In this document: one piece after another, positions 1 to 9,622 of the stretch
How positions within the stretch are numbered: the stretch's first letter is position 1
Layout: every line of letters starts with the position of its first letter
Assembly (NCBI GenBank): GCA_035450225.1
Contig: DAOTMJ010000004.1
Span: 92,578-156,577 of the forward strand
Length of the DNA stretch: 64,000 nt
Reading direction: 5' to 3'
Origin: Candidatus Hydrogenedentota bacterium
GTDB taxonomy: Bacteria; Hydrogenedentota; Hydrogenedentia; Hydrogenedentales; SLHB01
Position numbers and translations under genes: made by a program
The notes under the pieces: generated by a model
Told to the model about the DNA's origin: nothing
The model's input: only the letters and a program-made list of their open reading frames with translations
Database searches by the model: none

Positions 1-1647
1 GATGCCTTGTTTTTCCGTTGCGGCGAAGGTCGTGGGATTGGAGGGATCCCCGCGCGAACCGCTTCCCGCGCTCTGTTCGAGTCCCGAAAGCCACACCTTG
101 CGAAGCCGTTCGCCCAAGACGAGTTGATGGCGGTGGATCAAGGGCAGTTGTTCGTTCGTCCGGTTCGTCCAGGTGTCGCGCACGACCAGGGCCTCGGGAC
201 GCCGTTCGATCGCGCGTTGATGATCGAAAAATGCGCACGCGGTATGTGCCCACGTGGACACAGGCATCGAGAATTGGCTTTCGATCCGGAAGATTTCATC
301 GTTGAGCTTGACCTCGATAACGGCATCGGGCTTTTCCTCGACTTCGTAGGCGACGGCCGCCACGGACGGTTCGATAAACGGCAATTCACCCGTGGGCGGA
401 CCGGCCTTGGCCTTGGCGGCCGGTGGCGGAATGCGGAACGAGACGCGGCCGTTCGCGGCGATCAACGGATTCTTCACCGAGGCCGCCGCGACGTTTTCGA
501 GGATCAGCGTATTCTCGCCGGCGTAAACGAGCCCGGTGACGTCCCATTCGAACGAACAGGCCCTGATTCCGTCAAGCAGGCCGTAGTGCGGGTCGGCGTC
601 TACGCTCGTGTAATCCGGCGCGTAGAACACGTTGAACACGTTGCCGCCGCCCGTGGAATACACGTCGCCTCCGCGCGACTTGACGCGGGCCGGCTTGTTG
701 GCCAGCATCGCCATCGTCACCGGCTTGTCGTTCAGCGTCAGCCGCAGAGCGGATGTAAAACCGGCCGGACGTTCCGTGTGAAGCCGTGCGTCGAAGGCAA
801 GGACCGCCTGTTTGCCTTCCGGGGCCGGTTTCATGGTAAACGTAAATATCTGTTTGCCGCCTTGTTCGAGTTGAAGCGCATCGAAAACGATCGTGGGCGA
901 TTCGGATGCCGGCACGGTTCCATCCGTTCTCGCCAGCACGGCGGCGCGCAGACGCGATCGCGTATGCCCCCATTTCCCGGACGAAGTCGTCATAAGCGAT
1001 TCTTGCCGCGCATCCGGCCCGTCCGTATCCGAGATTCCCGCCTCGATCCGCAGCGGCGTGCCTTCTGCCGGTTTAGCGACGCCCAGCACGTTCCACGGAA
1101 TCGCCGCCTCCAACGCATATCCCGCCGCCGTGGGTTTCGCGGCCACCGCAATTTCCGAGACGGACGTCCCGTGAGGACGGTAGATGAATGCCTCGGGCGG
1201 ACAATCAATCAGCGGATCGCCCGAGTTGAAGAAGTTGCCAGGACTTAGCGCTATCTGGAATTGCCCGTCGCCGAACGCATCGCGCGCGGGATCCAAGTCC
1301 GGTTGCGCATCTACATAGAGTTCAACGTGATCGCCCTGCCAGATCGTATCGCCGCGCCGCGTCTGGCGAAGGTTGTCGTCCGTCACTTCCGCAGCCACGA
1401 AGAGGCATTCCGCACGCCACGCCAAATGGACAATGCCGCTGAGATCCGCGGGCGATTGCCAACCGCCCGAACCCCAAACGACCTGCTCCGGTTTATCAAT
1501 AACCATCGCATTCGGCATCGTCGTCCATTCGTCCAAAACGCCATCCACGGCGATCGGCGGATCCGGACGCAGGGGAATGGCGATGGCCGATGGAGTCTCA
1601 GCGACATGAACAATCGCCAGCATGAAGATCGCAATTCCAACATTCAT
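1..1647 (-). CDS. Secreted protein with N-terminal CBM9/DOMON-like carbohydrate-binding domain (3' end beyond window start)
   Basis: Hand reverse-complement translation from the ATG at 1645-1647 gives MNVGIAIFMLAIVHVAETPSA (signal peptide) followed by ...DGVLDEW...HLAWRAECLFVAAEVTDDNL...GDHVELYVDA, a CBM9-like pattern. This minus frame has no ORF in the provided track, consistent with an open frame running off the window edge. GGAGG lies 6 nt upstream of the ATG on the minus strand. The 7..1248 + ORF is its shadow. The translation was done by eye. Confidence 0.5.
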   Translation of the reverse strand, partial: MNVGIAIFMLAIVHVAETPSAIAIPLRPDPPIAVDGVLDEWTTMPNAMVIDKPEQVVWGSGGWQSPADLSGIVHLAWRAECLFVAAEVTDDNLRQTRRGDTIWQGDHVELYVDAQPDLDPARDAFGDGQFQIALSPGNFFNSGDPLIDCPPEAFIYRPHGTSVSEIAVAAKPTAAGYALEAAIPWNVLGVAKPAEGTPLRIEAGISDTDGPDARQESLMTTSSGKWGHTRSRLRAAVLARTDGTVPASESPTIVFDALQLEQGGKQIFTFTMKPAPEGKQAVLAFDARLHTERPAGFTSALRLTLNDKPVTMAMLANKPARVKSRGGDVYSTGGGNVFNVFYAPDYTSVDADPHYGLLDGIRACSFEWDVTGLVYAGENTLILENVAAASVKNPLIAANGRVSFRIPPPAAKAKAGPPTGELPFIEPSVAAVAYEVEEKPDAVIEVKLNDEIFRIESQFSMPVSTWAHTACAFFDHQRAIERRPEALVVRDTWTNRTNEQLPLIHRHQLVLGERLRKVWLSGLEQSAGSGSRGDPSNPTTFAATEKQGI

Positions 1648-1737
1648 GGCATGCCTCCTTGCCGGATTGATGACGGCCAGACGCTTTGTTCCTTGGACTG
1701 GATAACGGGCTAAAACAGGATAGAGCGTTCTGGCCGG

Positions 1738-2835
1738 CTATCCCGCGCAATCCAACGCCTCGTCCACCATCGCCAGGTAGTTTTCGACGGGAATGTAACT
1801 CGGAATCGAATTTCCGGAACCGATTGCATACCGTCCGCGCGCGCCGCAGGTTTCGATGAGATGCCGCGTATGGGCGCGTACGGCTTCGGGCGCGTCCTGC
1901 GACAGGCGGTTGATGTCAACGCCGCCAAGGACGCCGATGCGATCGCCGTATCGCGCATGGAAGTCTTCGACCGGCATGATGACGTCCTCGAACGAGTGCT
2001 TCGCGTCAATGCCGACATCGGTGATAAGGTCGTCCATGATGGCCATGACGTGCCCGCACGAATGCAGAAAGAAGGGGAGGCCGTTTTCATGCGCGATCGC
2101 CGCGAACTGTTTGTGCCACGGAAGGCAATACCGGCGCAGCGCATCGGGCGGAATGAGCGTCTGCGTGCGGAAGCCCATGTCGTCGCCCTGGAACAGCGCG
2201 ATGATGTTCGGTAGCGCGATAAGCCTTTTGTAGTAGCCGATCAGGAGTTCGCCGGTGCGTTCCGCGACCGCCTGCACCAGATCCGGCGCCTCGCACAATG
2301 CCATGCACAGCCCCTCCAGCGACATGAGCCGCGAAAGGTGTTCGAAATGGCCGCCGCCGTGGCAGGTGATCAGCCCCATGCCGTCCGGCAGATGCGTGGC
2401 GATGTATTCGAGCGGGAATAGATCCGCGTCTTCGGCTTTCGGCCACGGATACCGCTCGAATTCTTCCCAGTTCGTAATCGCGCCGCGGTGTTCCTCCGCC
2501 CAATAGCGCTGTTTGTCAACGCCCGGGGCCGTATCGGCCGCCGCGAGAGAAGCCGTCTGGAACGGCATGCCCGTCTCGAACCGCACGAAGTCGTACCCGA
2601 GCCGATGCCAGCACGCGATGAAATTGTCCCAATACGCCGCCTGCGATGCGCGGTCCGGGCCCTGTTCGACCCACTCGCGGCCCAGCAGTTCTGTCACGAT
2701 GCGCCGCTGTACCGATTCGTCCACGATGTACTCGACCAGCGGCACGCGGCGGTTCGATCGCCCCATGACGATGTCAATGAATTCCCCCGCATTCGGCGAT
2801 GGTTTTTTCAAGGGCAAATGCTTCAGCATGGTCAT
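1738..2835 (-). CDS. Uroporphyrinogen decarboxylase (URO-D)/MtaA-like family protein
   Basis: Track ORF 1738..2949, trimmed to MTMLKHLPLKKPSPNAGEFIDIVMGR. The fold-typical N-terminus and length (about 365 aa) match the URO-D family. Confidence 0.75.
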   Translation of the reverse strand: MTMLKHLPLKKPSPNAGEFIDIVMGRSNRRVPLVEYIVDESVQRRIVTELLGREWVEQGPDRASQAAYWDNFIACWHRLGYDFVRFETGMPFQTASLAAADTAPGVDKQRYWAEEHRGAITNWEEFERYPWPKAEDADLFPLEYIATHLPDGMGLITCHGGGHFEHLSRLMSLEGLCMALCEAPDLVQAVAERTGELLIGYYKRLIALPNIIALFQGDDMGFRTQTLIPPDALRRYCLPWHKQFAAIAHENGLPFFLHSCGHVMAIMDDLITDVGIDAKHSFEDVIMPVEDFHARYGDRIGVLGGVDINRLSQDAPEAVRAHTRHLIETCGARGRYAIGSGNSIPSYIPVENYLAMVDEALDCAG

Positions 2836-2952
2836 TTCAGTTCCTTGTTCGGAAAATCGCCTGCGCTCTTTGGCTTCTCCTTCTCGCGCCTTTTCGAAAA
2901 GGCATCCGACCGCCACTCTGTTCGTGCGCGTAATCGTGCGCATCCACACGAT

Positions 2953-3050
2953 AGTTTCTTTGTCCGCAACTTCTGTGCATGGTACACAGAAGTTGCGGAC
3001 AAAGAAATCATATCCTTGATTGAGGCATTGCAGCTAAGCCGCGTTAGGAG
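2953..3050. repeat. Intergenic repeat element, copy A: perfect palindrome with 23-bp arms and 7-nt spacer (2955-3007) plus a 45-bp tail ending in AGGAG
   Basis: tttctttgtccgcaacttctgtg-catggta-cacagaagttgcggacaaagaaa, then atcatatccttgattgaggcattgcagctaagccgcgttaggag. About 95% identical to copy B at 23053-23150. Lies in the divergent spacer between the URO-D gene and the GH27 gene. Confidence 0.85.
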
Positions 3051-3190
3051 ATTTCCGTCTGTTGCTCGATTACGAGGACGATTATGAACACGAACACGAG
3101 ACAACCGCTCGCCTCCGGTCGTTGCTTTAGTTTAGCATATCCGGCATGATGCAGGGGAAACCCGTCTCTTGGAACCACAGGAGATTCTCC

Positions 3191-5152
3191 ATGAAACACG
3201 TATTGTGTGCGCTGGCCATTCTGGCGGCGATTCTCGCTGCGCCATGCTCGGACGGGGCCGACTTGACGGCCCGGAAAGCCCCGAAAAACGGCCTGTGGAT
3301 CGAAACGCTTGACCTGTCCGTCATGAATCAGGGGTTCAAGCGGCCGCAGGCCTGCAAATCGCTCATGGGATTCCCCATCGCGCTGGGCGGCGTCCAGTAT
3401 CCGCACGGCATTGGCACGCACGCCGTCAGCGAGTTTTTGATCGATCTCAAGGGGGCGGCGGTGCGTTTCGACGCGATGGCCGGCGTGGACGACGAGACCC
3501 GCGGGCAGGGCTCGGTCGCGTTTGAAGTGTGGGTTGACGATCGCAAGGTCTCGGAAACCGGCCTCATGCGCGCGGGTGACAAGCCGAGGGAAATCTCCGT
3601 GGATCTCACGGGCGCTCGGTATCTTCTGCTCATGGTGTGCGACGGCGGCGACGGCACGAAACTCGATCATGCGGACTGGGCAGGGGCGTTGCTGACGCTG
3701 ATGCCCGGCGCGAAGGAAAAACCCGTCTCCATCGGCATCGGTTCGGAACCCCCGCCGCCCATCGCATCCAGCATGAATCCGGAACCGGCCATTCACGGGC
3801 CGCGCATCACCGGCGCGACGCCGGGGCGGCCGTTTCTGTTCCTGATTCCCGCGACGGGCGAAGGGCCGCTGACGTTCGAGGCGCGGGACCTTCCCGCCGG
3901 TCTCGTCCTCGACTCGACGACAGGCATCATCACGGGCGCGCTGAAACAAGCGGGAAGCACGGATGTCCTGTTGACGGCGTCCGGGCCAAAGGGAAAGGCC
4001 TCGCGAACGCTGACCATCGCCGGCGGCGAAAACATGCTGGCCTTGACCCCGCCCCTCGGCTGGAATTCATGGAACGTCTGGGGCGTGGTCGTGGACGACG
4101 AGAAAGTCCGCGCCGCCGCCGATGCGCTGGTATCGAGCGGACTCGCCGCGCACGGTTTCCAATACGTAAACATTGACGATTCCTGGGAAGGCGACCGCGA
4201 TGCAAAAGGTGTCATTCAGACCAACAAGCGTTTTCCGGACATGGCCGCCCTCGCGGACTATGTCCACGCGAAGGGTCTGAAACTCGGTATCTACTCGTCG
4301 CCGGGACCGAAAACCTGCGCCGGTTACACGGGCAGCTACCGGCATGAACAGCAGGATGCCGACACCTATGCGGCATGGGGGATTGACTATCTCAAGTACG
4401 ACTGGTGCAGCTACCGCGACATCGCGAAGAGCGCCGAACCGGAGGAACTCAAAAAGCCTTATCGCCTCATGCGCGAAGCCTTGAACCGCTGCGGCCGCGA
4501 CATCGTCTTCAGTATTTGCCAGTATGGAATGGGGGAGGTCTGGACATGGGGCGCGGAGGTAGGCGGCAATCTGTGGAGAACCACCTATGACATCGGGGAC
4601 ACGTGGGAAAGTGTGTCCGCCATCGGTTTCGCGCAAAGCGACAAAGCGCCCTATGCCGGGCCGGGCCATTGGAACGATCCCGACATGCTCGTCGTGGGCA
4701 AGGTGGGTTGGGGACCGAACGTGGCCCCGACCCGGCTCGCGCCCAACGCCCAAATCACCCACATCACGCTGTGGTGCATGTTGGCCGCGCCGCTGCTCAT
4801 CGGATGCGATCTGGTGCAACTAGACGATTTCACCCGGGCCCTGCTCACGAACGACGAAGTCCTCGACGTGGACCAGGATCCGCTTGGCCAGGCCGCCACG
4901 CGCCGCAGGCAGGAAGGCGCCTGCGAAGTCTGGGCGCGCCCCCTCTTCGACGGGACGACCGCCGTCGCCCTGTTCAATCGAGGCCCCATCAGGCGTCCCG
5001 TTACGGCTTCATGGGACGATGTCGGAGTCAAGGGCCGACAGCCCGTTCGCGATCTATGGCGGCAAAAAGACTGGCCGCCCGCCGAAGGTTCGATAACCGC
5101 CGAAGTCCCCGGACGCGGAGCGGTCCTGCTGAAAATCGGAAAGGTGCGCTGA
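3191..5152 (+). CDS. Alpha-galactosidase (GH27) with N-terminal NPCBM domain and Ig-like linker, secreted
   Basis: Track ORF 3146..5152. Start set at MKHVLCALAILAAILAAPCS (signal peptide) with AGGAG 8 nt upstream. NPCBM-like N-terminal region. GH27 hallmarks LGWNSWN, NIDDSWE, LKYDWC. C-terminal beta-sandwich. Confidence 0.85.
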   Translation: MKHVLCALAILAAILAAPCSDGADLTARKAPKNGLWIETLDLSVMNQGFKRPQACKSLMGFPIALGGVQYPHGIGTHAVSEFLIDLKGAAVRFDAMAGVDDETRGQGSVAFEVWVDDRKVSETGLMRAGDKPREISVDLTGARYLLLMVCDGGDGTKLDHADWAGALLTLMPGAKEKPVSIGIGSEPPPPIASSMNPEPAIHGPRITGATPGRPFLFLIPATGEGPLTFEARDLPAGLVLDSTTGIITGALKQAGSTDVLLTASGPKGKASRTLTIAGGENMLALTPPLGWNSWNVWGVVVDDEKVRAAADALVSSGLAAHGFQYVNIDDSWEGDRDAKGVIQTNKRFPDMAALADYVHAKGLKLGIYSSPGPKTCAGYTGSYRHEQQDADTYAAWGIDYLKYDWCSYRDIAKSAEPEELKKPYRLMREALNRCGRDIVFSICQYGMGEVWTWGAEVGGNLWRTTYDIGDTWESVSAIGFAQSDKAPYAGPGHWNDPDMLVVGKVGWGPNVAPTRLAPNAQITHITLWCMLAAPLLIGCDLVQLDDFTRALLTNDEVLDVDQDPLGQAATRRRQEGACEVWARPLFDGTTAVALFNRGPIRRPVTASWDDVGVKGRQPVRDLWRQKDWPPAEGSITAEVPGRGAVLLKIGKVR

Positions 5153-5197
5153 AAATCGCGATCGGAAAAATCCCGCGTGACCGCTGCGCCGGCTCAT

Positions 5198-5968
5198 TCA
5201 TTGCTTGCGGGCAATCACCAGCATCTCGAAATTTTCCGGCGTCAGGGCGTTGTCCCGCGAAAAAGCGCCCAATTTCGCGCCGAAGATTTCAATGCGGGCG
5301 TAGCCGAGCGTCTTCAACAGCCAGGTGATCTCACACGGCACGTAGTAGCGTTCGTTGCAGGAAAGGGCCTTCTTGTTTCCGGAGTCGTCCTCGAATTCCA
5401 CGACATTGAAATCGCGAAAAGTCATCAGATCAAAGCGATTCTTCCCGCAGGCGCTCGTGTCCTCCTGTTTCGCTTCGGCATAGAACGCCTCCACATTATG
5501 GAACAAGGGGAACAGCCCGTTGAGCGTGGTGAACAGGAACACGCCATGGTCGTTCAGGGAACGTGTCACGTTCTTCAGTATCTCGAAATTCATCTCGTCC
5601 GTTTCCATCAACGAGAATCCGCCCTCGCACAGCATGATGGCCGCATCGAATTCCGCGTGAAATGGAAGCGCCCTCGCATCATGCCGCAGGAACTCGATGC
5701 TCAGACCTTGTGCCGTTGCCTTCTCCCGTGCTCTCGCCAATTGCGATTCGGACAAGTCTACCCCCGTTACGCGATAACCCCGCTTTGTCAACTCGATCGC
5801 GTGCCGCCCGGTGCCGCAGCCGACATCGAGGATCCTCAGCGACTTGTCAAACCCAAGTTCCTTCTCGATGAAATCGCATTCTCCCTGCGTGCCCTGCGTG
5901 AAGGGCTCCTTGTCGTACTTTTGTCCGTAGTTTTCAAACAGGCTCTCATACCATTGCTTTTCACTCAT
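5198..5968 (-). CDS. Class I SAM-dependent methyltransferase
   Basis: LDVGCGTGRHAIEL (motif I) and overall Methyltransf_11/25-like layout. The 5177..6205 + ORF is its shadow. Confidence 0.85.
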   Translation of the reverse strand: MSEKQWYESLFENYGQKYDKEPFTQGTQGECDFIEKELGFDKSLRILDVGCGTGRHAIELTKRGYRVTGVDLSESQLARAREKATAQGLSIEFLRHDARALPFHAEFDAAIMLCEGGFSLMETDEMNFEILKNVTRSLNDHGVFLFTTLNGLFPLFHNVEAFYAEAKQEDTSACGKNRFDLMTFRDFNVVEFEDDSGNKKALSCNERYYVPCEITWLLKTLGYARIEIFGAKLGAFSRDNALTPENFEMLVIARKQ

Positions 5969-6114
5969 ACGTCACTCTGTTTTCCTTGTACTTATTGCGA
6001 TTCTTCTGCCGTTAGCAACCCTCTTGCCGGCGCCGGCAGGATCCCGGTTGGCCGCCGTGAAGTAGTGCGAATGCCGCGTCGGATCGTCCATCAACAAAGT
6101 ACCCGCTACGCTTT

Positions 6115-6369
6115 TTATAAGCCCCTCTTGATGTCGCACGACGTCGGCGGACGAGGAGGCAAAGACTCCAGCAGGGGACGAAGTTGTTCCGGCACAGGAA
6201 CCTGATTTTCAACATAAAACCGCTGAACGGCCCATAATATTTGATTGAGTCGCTGAGGATTCTCCACCAACTTCGGTACGCCGATCGCCCATTCCGGAAT
6301 GCGCGCTTCTAAATCCTTTTCAAGTGTTTCGGCTTTCCCGGCCTTGAGTTGCTGAAGTATATTATGCAT
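6115..6369 (-). CDS. Hypothetical small protein (84 aa) in a low-GC island
   Basis: ORF with about 50% GC against about 64% for the window. Helical, no recognisable domain. Preceded upstream by tandem dyad sites. Could be non-coding. Confidence 0.3.
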   Translation of the reverse strand: MHNILQQLKAGKAETLEKDLEARIPEWAIGVPKLVENPQRLNQILWAVQRFYVENQVPVPEQLRPLLESLPPRPPTSCDIKRGL

Positions 6370-6437
6370 ATCAAGTCACTTGATTACATTTTTGAGAGTA
6401 CCGTGTTCTCGGAGACGTGAAGGTCTCGGAATGTAAC

Positions 6438-6490
6438 GCCGATTTCCAAATCGGCTTGCTGAAACACGACATGCCGATTGGGAAATCGGC
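6438..6490. promoter_or_regulatory. Two tandem near-identical dyad-symmetric sites (GCCGATTTCCAAATCGGC and GCCGATTGGGAAATCGGC) spaced 35 bp centre to centre
   Basis: Each 18-mer is an inverted repeat (8-bp arms), and the two are near-identical. This is a typical layout for a dimeric or tetrameric repressor operator pair. Lies 65-125 bp upstream of the 6115..6369 minus ORF. Confidence 0.3.
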
Positions 6491-6793
6491 GCTACCAAGC
6501 GGCCATTTTCAATTTCAGCACAAGATTTCGTTGCCTGATCCGGCATGAAATGGCCCGGAAATGCCAATCTTCGTGGAAATTTTCATCCTGGCAAACAGTG
6601 CTGAAAACCGTCAATGACTTCTTGTTCGAAGTCAAGGCAACTACGCGGCAGTTGGATTGGAAGGAGCGATGGCGAACGATTCTCAGCCGAATATTGACCA
6701 AGATCCTGAAAGAACGACCGCTTGCCTCTCCCAACCTGCTTCCGGCTCCGATATAAACTCGCACTCGGAAGGTCTATTCTTTACAAAATCGAG

Positions 6794-6832
6794 GGCGGCA
6801 AGACTCACGAACAGGGTCCTGCTGCCTTTTTT
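6794..6832 (+). terminator. Putative intrinsic terminator (7-bp stem with one G.U, then T6) on the plus strand
   Basis: ggcggca-N19-tgctgcc then tttttt. Would terminate a plus-strand transcript from the low-GC island (small ORF 6666..6839 or a non-coding RNA). Confidence 0.3.
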
Positions 6833-6897
6833 AGGATGAAACACGTCGTTGGTCAATCGCGTACATAAAGTCCATTTCGCGCATGCCAAGCCCCACC

Positions 6898-8355
6898 TCA
6901 GTGTATTTCCCAGCCGCCGCCCAGCGCCTTGATCAATAAGACCGTCGAAACCATCCGTTGGCTGAGAATTTGCGCCGCCGACAATTCGTTCGTCAACAAG
7001 GTCCGTTCGGCATCGATCATCTGCAGATAGTCGATCGTTCCAGCCCTATATTGAATCTGTGTCAGCTTCAGATATTCCCGTGCGGCATCGACCGCCTTTG
7101 CTTGGTTCTCCGCTTCATCGGCACGCACGTGCAGGTCCGTTAGCGAGTCCTCCACATCGCGAAATGCATCCAGAACGGTTCCTCGATAGGTGGCCTGAAG
7201 CTCATCGTACCGCGCTTGGGCTTTTTGCAGCGAGGCGCGCAATCGTCTCCCGTTGAAGATGGGCAGCGAGAGATTCGGCCCAAAAGACCACGTCCGCTGT
7301 TGCCATTTCAAGAGGTCGCCGGCATCCACGCTCTGGAAACCGGCCGTCCCGGTCAGACTTATGCTTGGAAAGAAATCCGCCTTGGCCACGCCGATCTCGG
7401 CACAGGCTGCGGCAAGATTCCGTTCGGCCTCCGCCACATCGGGACGCCGCCGCAATAGATCCGAGGGCAAGCCCGCCGGGATAATGGGTGGAACGGCATC
7501 CAACGGGTGGGGCTCCAACGAAAACTCTGATGGCGGACGGCCAAGCAGAATAGCGATGGCATGTTCGAGATCGGTGCGTTGCCGACGGACATCCGCGGCT
7601 TGTACACGCGCTGACTCCAACTGCACCTGCGCCTGCAACAAGCTGGTCGCATCGACCAATCCGGCATTCACTTGACATTGCGTTAGCTCCACTTGTTCTC
7701 GATAGAGCGCCAAGTTCCTCGTCAGGATTTCATCCTGCGCATCGAGCGAACGAAGTTCGAAGTAGTCTTTGGCCAAGTCCGCCAAGAGGGTTTGGCGGAC
7801 GACCTCCAACTCGCAAACGGAAGCCTGAGCGGTTGCATCGGCGGCCTCATAGGAACGGCGAAGCCGTCCCCAAATGTCGATCTCGTAGGAAACGTCGAAC
7901 GGCAACGAAAGGCGGGTACTGGTCGTGCCGGAAGACGATCCGCCGCTCTGGACGCCTTCCGCGCCGGGCGGAGAAACTGCACCAGACGCCGACACGCCCG
8001 GCGAACGTGAACGCGTGGCCGAGGGCGACAACGCTACAACGGGAAAGAACGAACTCCGGACGGACACGGTGGATGCGCGGGCCTGTTCGACGCGCGCCAT
8101 GGCCGCTTTCAGACTCTCATTGGCTTCGAGCGCTTTTGTCGCGAGGGCCGCGAGGTCAGGATCTTGGAAGAGCAACCACCAGTCGCTCCCAAAGCCGGGT
8201 TGTGCCTTTTCGCTTTCGGTGGCGCTTTTGTACTGTCCGGGCACATCCAGCGCCGGACGTTGATAATCCGGCCCCGTTACACAAGAGCAGACAACAAGGA
8301 TCAGACCGGATACCGCCGTCGCTTGCATCCATGCTCCCACTTTGTTTCCGCGCAT
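6898..8355 (-). CDS. RND/ABC efflux outer-membrane lipoprotein, NodT family (TolC-like)
   Basis: Track ORF 6898..8604, trimmed to MRGNKVGAWMQATAVSGLILVVCSC-VTGPDYQRP. The lipobox and GPDYxRP are hallmarks of NodT-family OMFs. Two TolC repeats. GGAGGG lies upstream of the chosen ATG. Confidence 0.85.
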   Translation of the reverse strand: MRGNKVGAWMQATAVSGLILVVCSCVTGPDYQRPALDVPGQYKSATESEKAQPGFGSDWWLLFQDPDLAALATKALEANESLKAAMARVEQARASTVSVRSSFFPVVALSPSATRSRSPGVSASGAVSPPGAEGVQSGGSSSGTTSTRLSLPFDVSYEIDIWGRLRRSYEAADATAQASVCELEVVRQTLLADLAKDYFELRSLDAQDEILTRNLALYREQVELTQCQVNAGLVDATSLLQAQVQLESARVQAADVRRQRTDLEHAIAILLGRPPSEFSLEPHPLDAVPPIIPAGLPSDLLRRRPDVAEAERNLAAACAEIGVAKADFFPSISLTGTAGFQSVDAGDLLKWQQRTWSFGPNLSLPIFNGRRLRASLQKAQARYDELQATYRGTVLDAFRDVEDSLTDLHVRADEAENQAKAVDAAREYLKLTQIQYRAGTIDYLQMIDAERTLLTNELSAAQILSQRMVSTVLLIKALGGGWEIH

Positions 8356-8416
8356 ATTCCCTCCGCTCCCCGGACGTGATCCGATGGCCTCCACCACCGT
8401 TTTTCTCGAATACAGC

Positions 8417-9622
8417 CTATTCATGGCGCAGCGCCTCGATTGGATCCAGCCGGGCGGCCTTCCGTGCCGGGAAATACCCGAAAACCACGCCGATTGCCCC
8501 GGAAAACAAAAAACCGACGAGAACGATCGGCGCGTTGAAGACGAACGGCACTTGCAGGACGCCCGCAAGCGCAATCGAAGTGCCCAACGCAAGCAATATT
8601 CCAATCAGTCCGCCGAAAGAGGACAGAACGACCGCTTCCACGAGGAACTGCATCAGCACTTCCCGCTCCAATGCACCGATGGCGAGGCGTGTGCCGATTT
8701 CCCGCGTGCGTTCCGTAACCGATACCAGCATGATGTTCATGATGCCGATACCGCCCACCAACAGACTCACCGCCGCCACCGCGCCCAACAACCCGGTAAG
8801 AACCCGCGTGGTGCCCGAAAGCATCGTGGCGATCTCCTTGAGGTCCATTACGCTGAAATCATCCTCTTCGTTCGCGGACAAATGCCTGCGGACGCGCATC
8901 AGGCGCGAAATGTCCGCCTTGACCCGGTCGGTGGACTCACCCTCTTTGACAGAAACTTGGATGATGCCGATGTCTTCCTTACCCGCGATGCGCCGCTGGA
9001 ATGTGCGCAACGGAACGACGAGGAGGTCGTCTTGATCCGTGCCCATCGTAGACTGGCCTTTGCTTTCCAACAATCCAATCACCTCGCATGCGAGCTTGCC
9101 CAAACGCACCTTGCTGCCGATGGGGTCTTGGCCGCCAAATAGCTTGCCCCGGATCGTCTCGCCGATGACGCAGACCGCCACGCCCGCGCGCGTTTCGGCC
9201 TCCGTAAACGCACGGCCTTCTTTGATGCGCCGGTTGCTTACGGTGAAATACTCGACGGTGCTTCCGGTAACCGTGCTCGACCAATTCTCGTTCGCGTAGA
9301 TCACGGTCGAGGCGGCGCTCGCCGCAGGCGCCACGGCAGCCAGCGACGGGACCTCGCGGGCGATGGCTTCCGCATCGGCCAGCTTAAACGGCGCTCCGCC
9401 CGATTCCCTTCCCGGCCCCATACGCTTGCCCGGCGTAACCATCATCAAGTTACTGCCGAGGCTCGATATCTGTTCCGTGACCTGCTTGGTGGCGCCGCCT
9501 CCGAGGGTGACCAGGATGATCACCGCCGCCACGCCGATAATGATGCCCAACATCGTCAGGAAGGAACGCATCACGTTGCGGCGGAGTTCGCGTAATGCCA
9601 GTAGCAAGGCATTTCCTATCAT
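8417..9622 (-). CDS. macB: ABC transporter permease, MacB/FtsX family
   Basis: N-terminal TM helix, large periplasmic domain and C-terminal FtsX 3-TM bundle (…FGYFPARKAARLDPIEALRHE). Overlaps the ATPase gene by 4 nt. Confidence 0.9.
   Translation of the reverse strand: MIGNALLLALRELRRNVMRSFLTMLGIIIGVAAVIILVTLGGGATKQVTEQISSLGSNLMMVTPGKRMGPGRESGGAPFKLADAEAIAREVPSLAAVAPAASAASTVIYANENWSSTVTGSTVEYFTVSNRRIKEGRAFTEAETRAGVAVCVIGETIRGKLFGGQDPIGSKVRLGKLACEVIGLLESKGQSTMGTDQDDLLVVPLRTFQRRIAGKEDIGIIQVSVKEGESTDRVKADISRLMRVRRHLSANEEDDFSVMDLKEIATMLSGTTRVLTGLLGAVAAVSLLVGGIGIMNIMLVSVTERTREIGTRLAIGALEREVLMQFLVEAVVLSSFGGLIGILLALGTSIALAGVLQVPFVFNAPIVLVGFLFSGAIGVVFGYFPARKAARLDPIEALRHE

Noticed and set aside
7-1248. 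413-aa plus-strand ORF at the window start
   Set aside because: Arg-rich low-complexity translation typical of a high-GC shadow frame. The minus strand carries a coherent signal-peptide/CBM9-like protein.
3051-3125. 21-aa ORF (MNTNTRQPLASGRCFSLAYPA) immediately after repeat copy A
   Set aside because: Too short and has no counterpart after copy B. Likely fortuitous.
3044-3949. 301-aa minus ORF overlapping the GH27 gene
   Set aside because: Antisense shadow of a well-supported GH27/NPCBM CDS. Arg/Gly-rich and no domain.
5177-6205. 342-aa plus ORF
   Set aside because: Shadow of the SAM-methyltransferase gene and reads through the low-GC island. No RBS.
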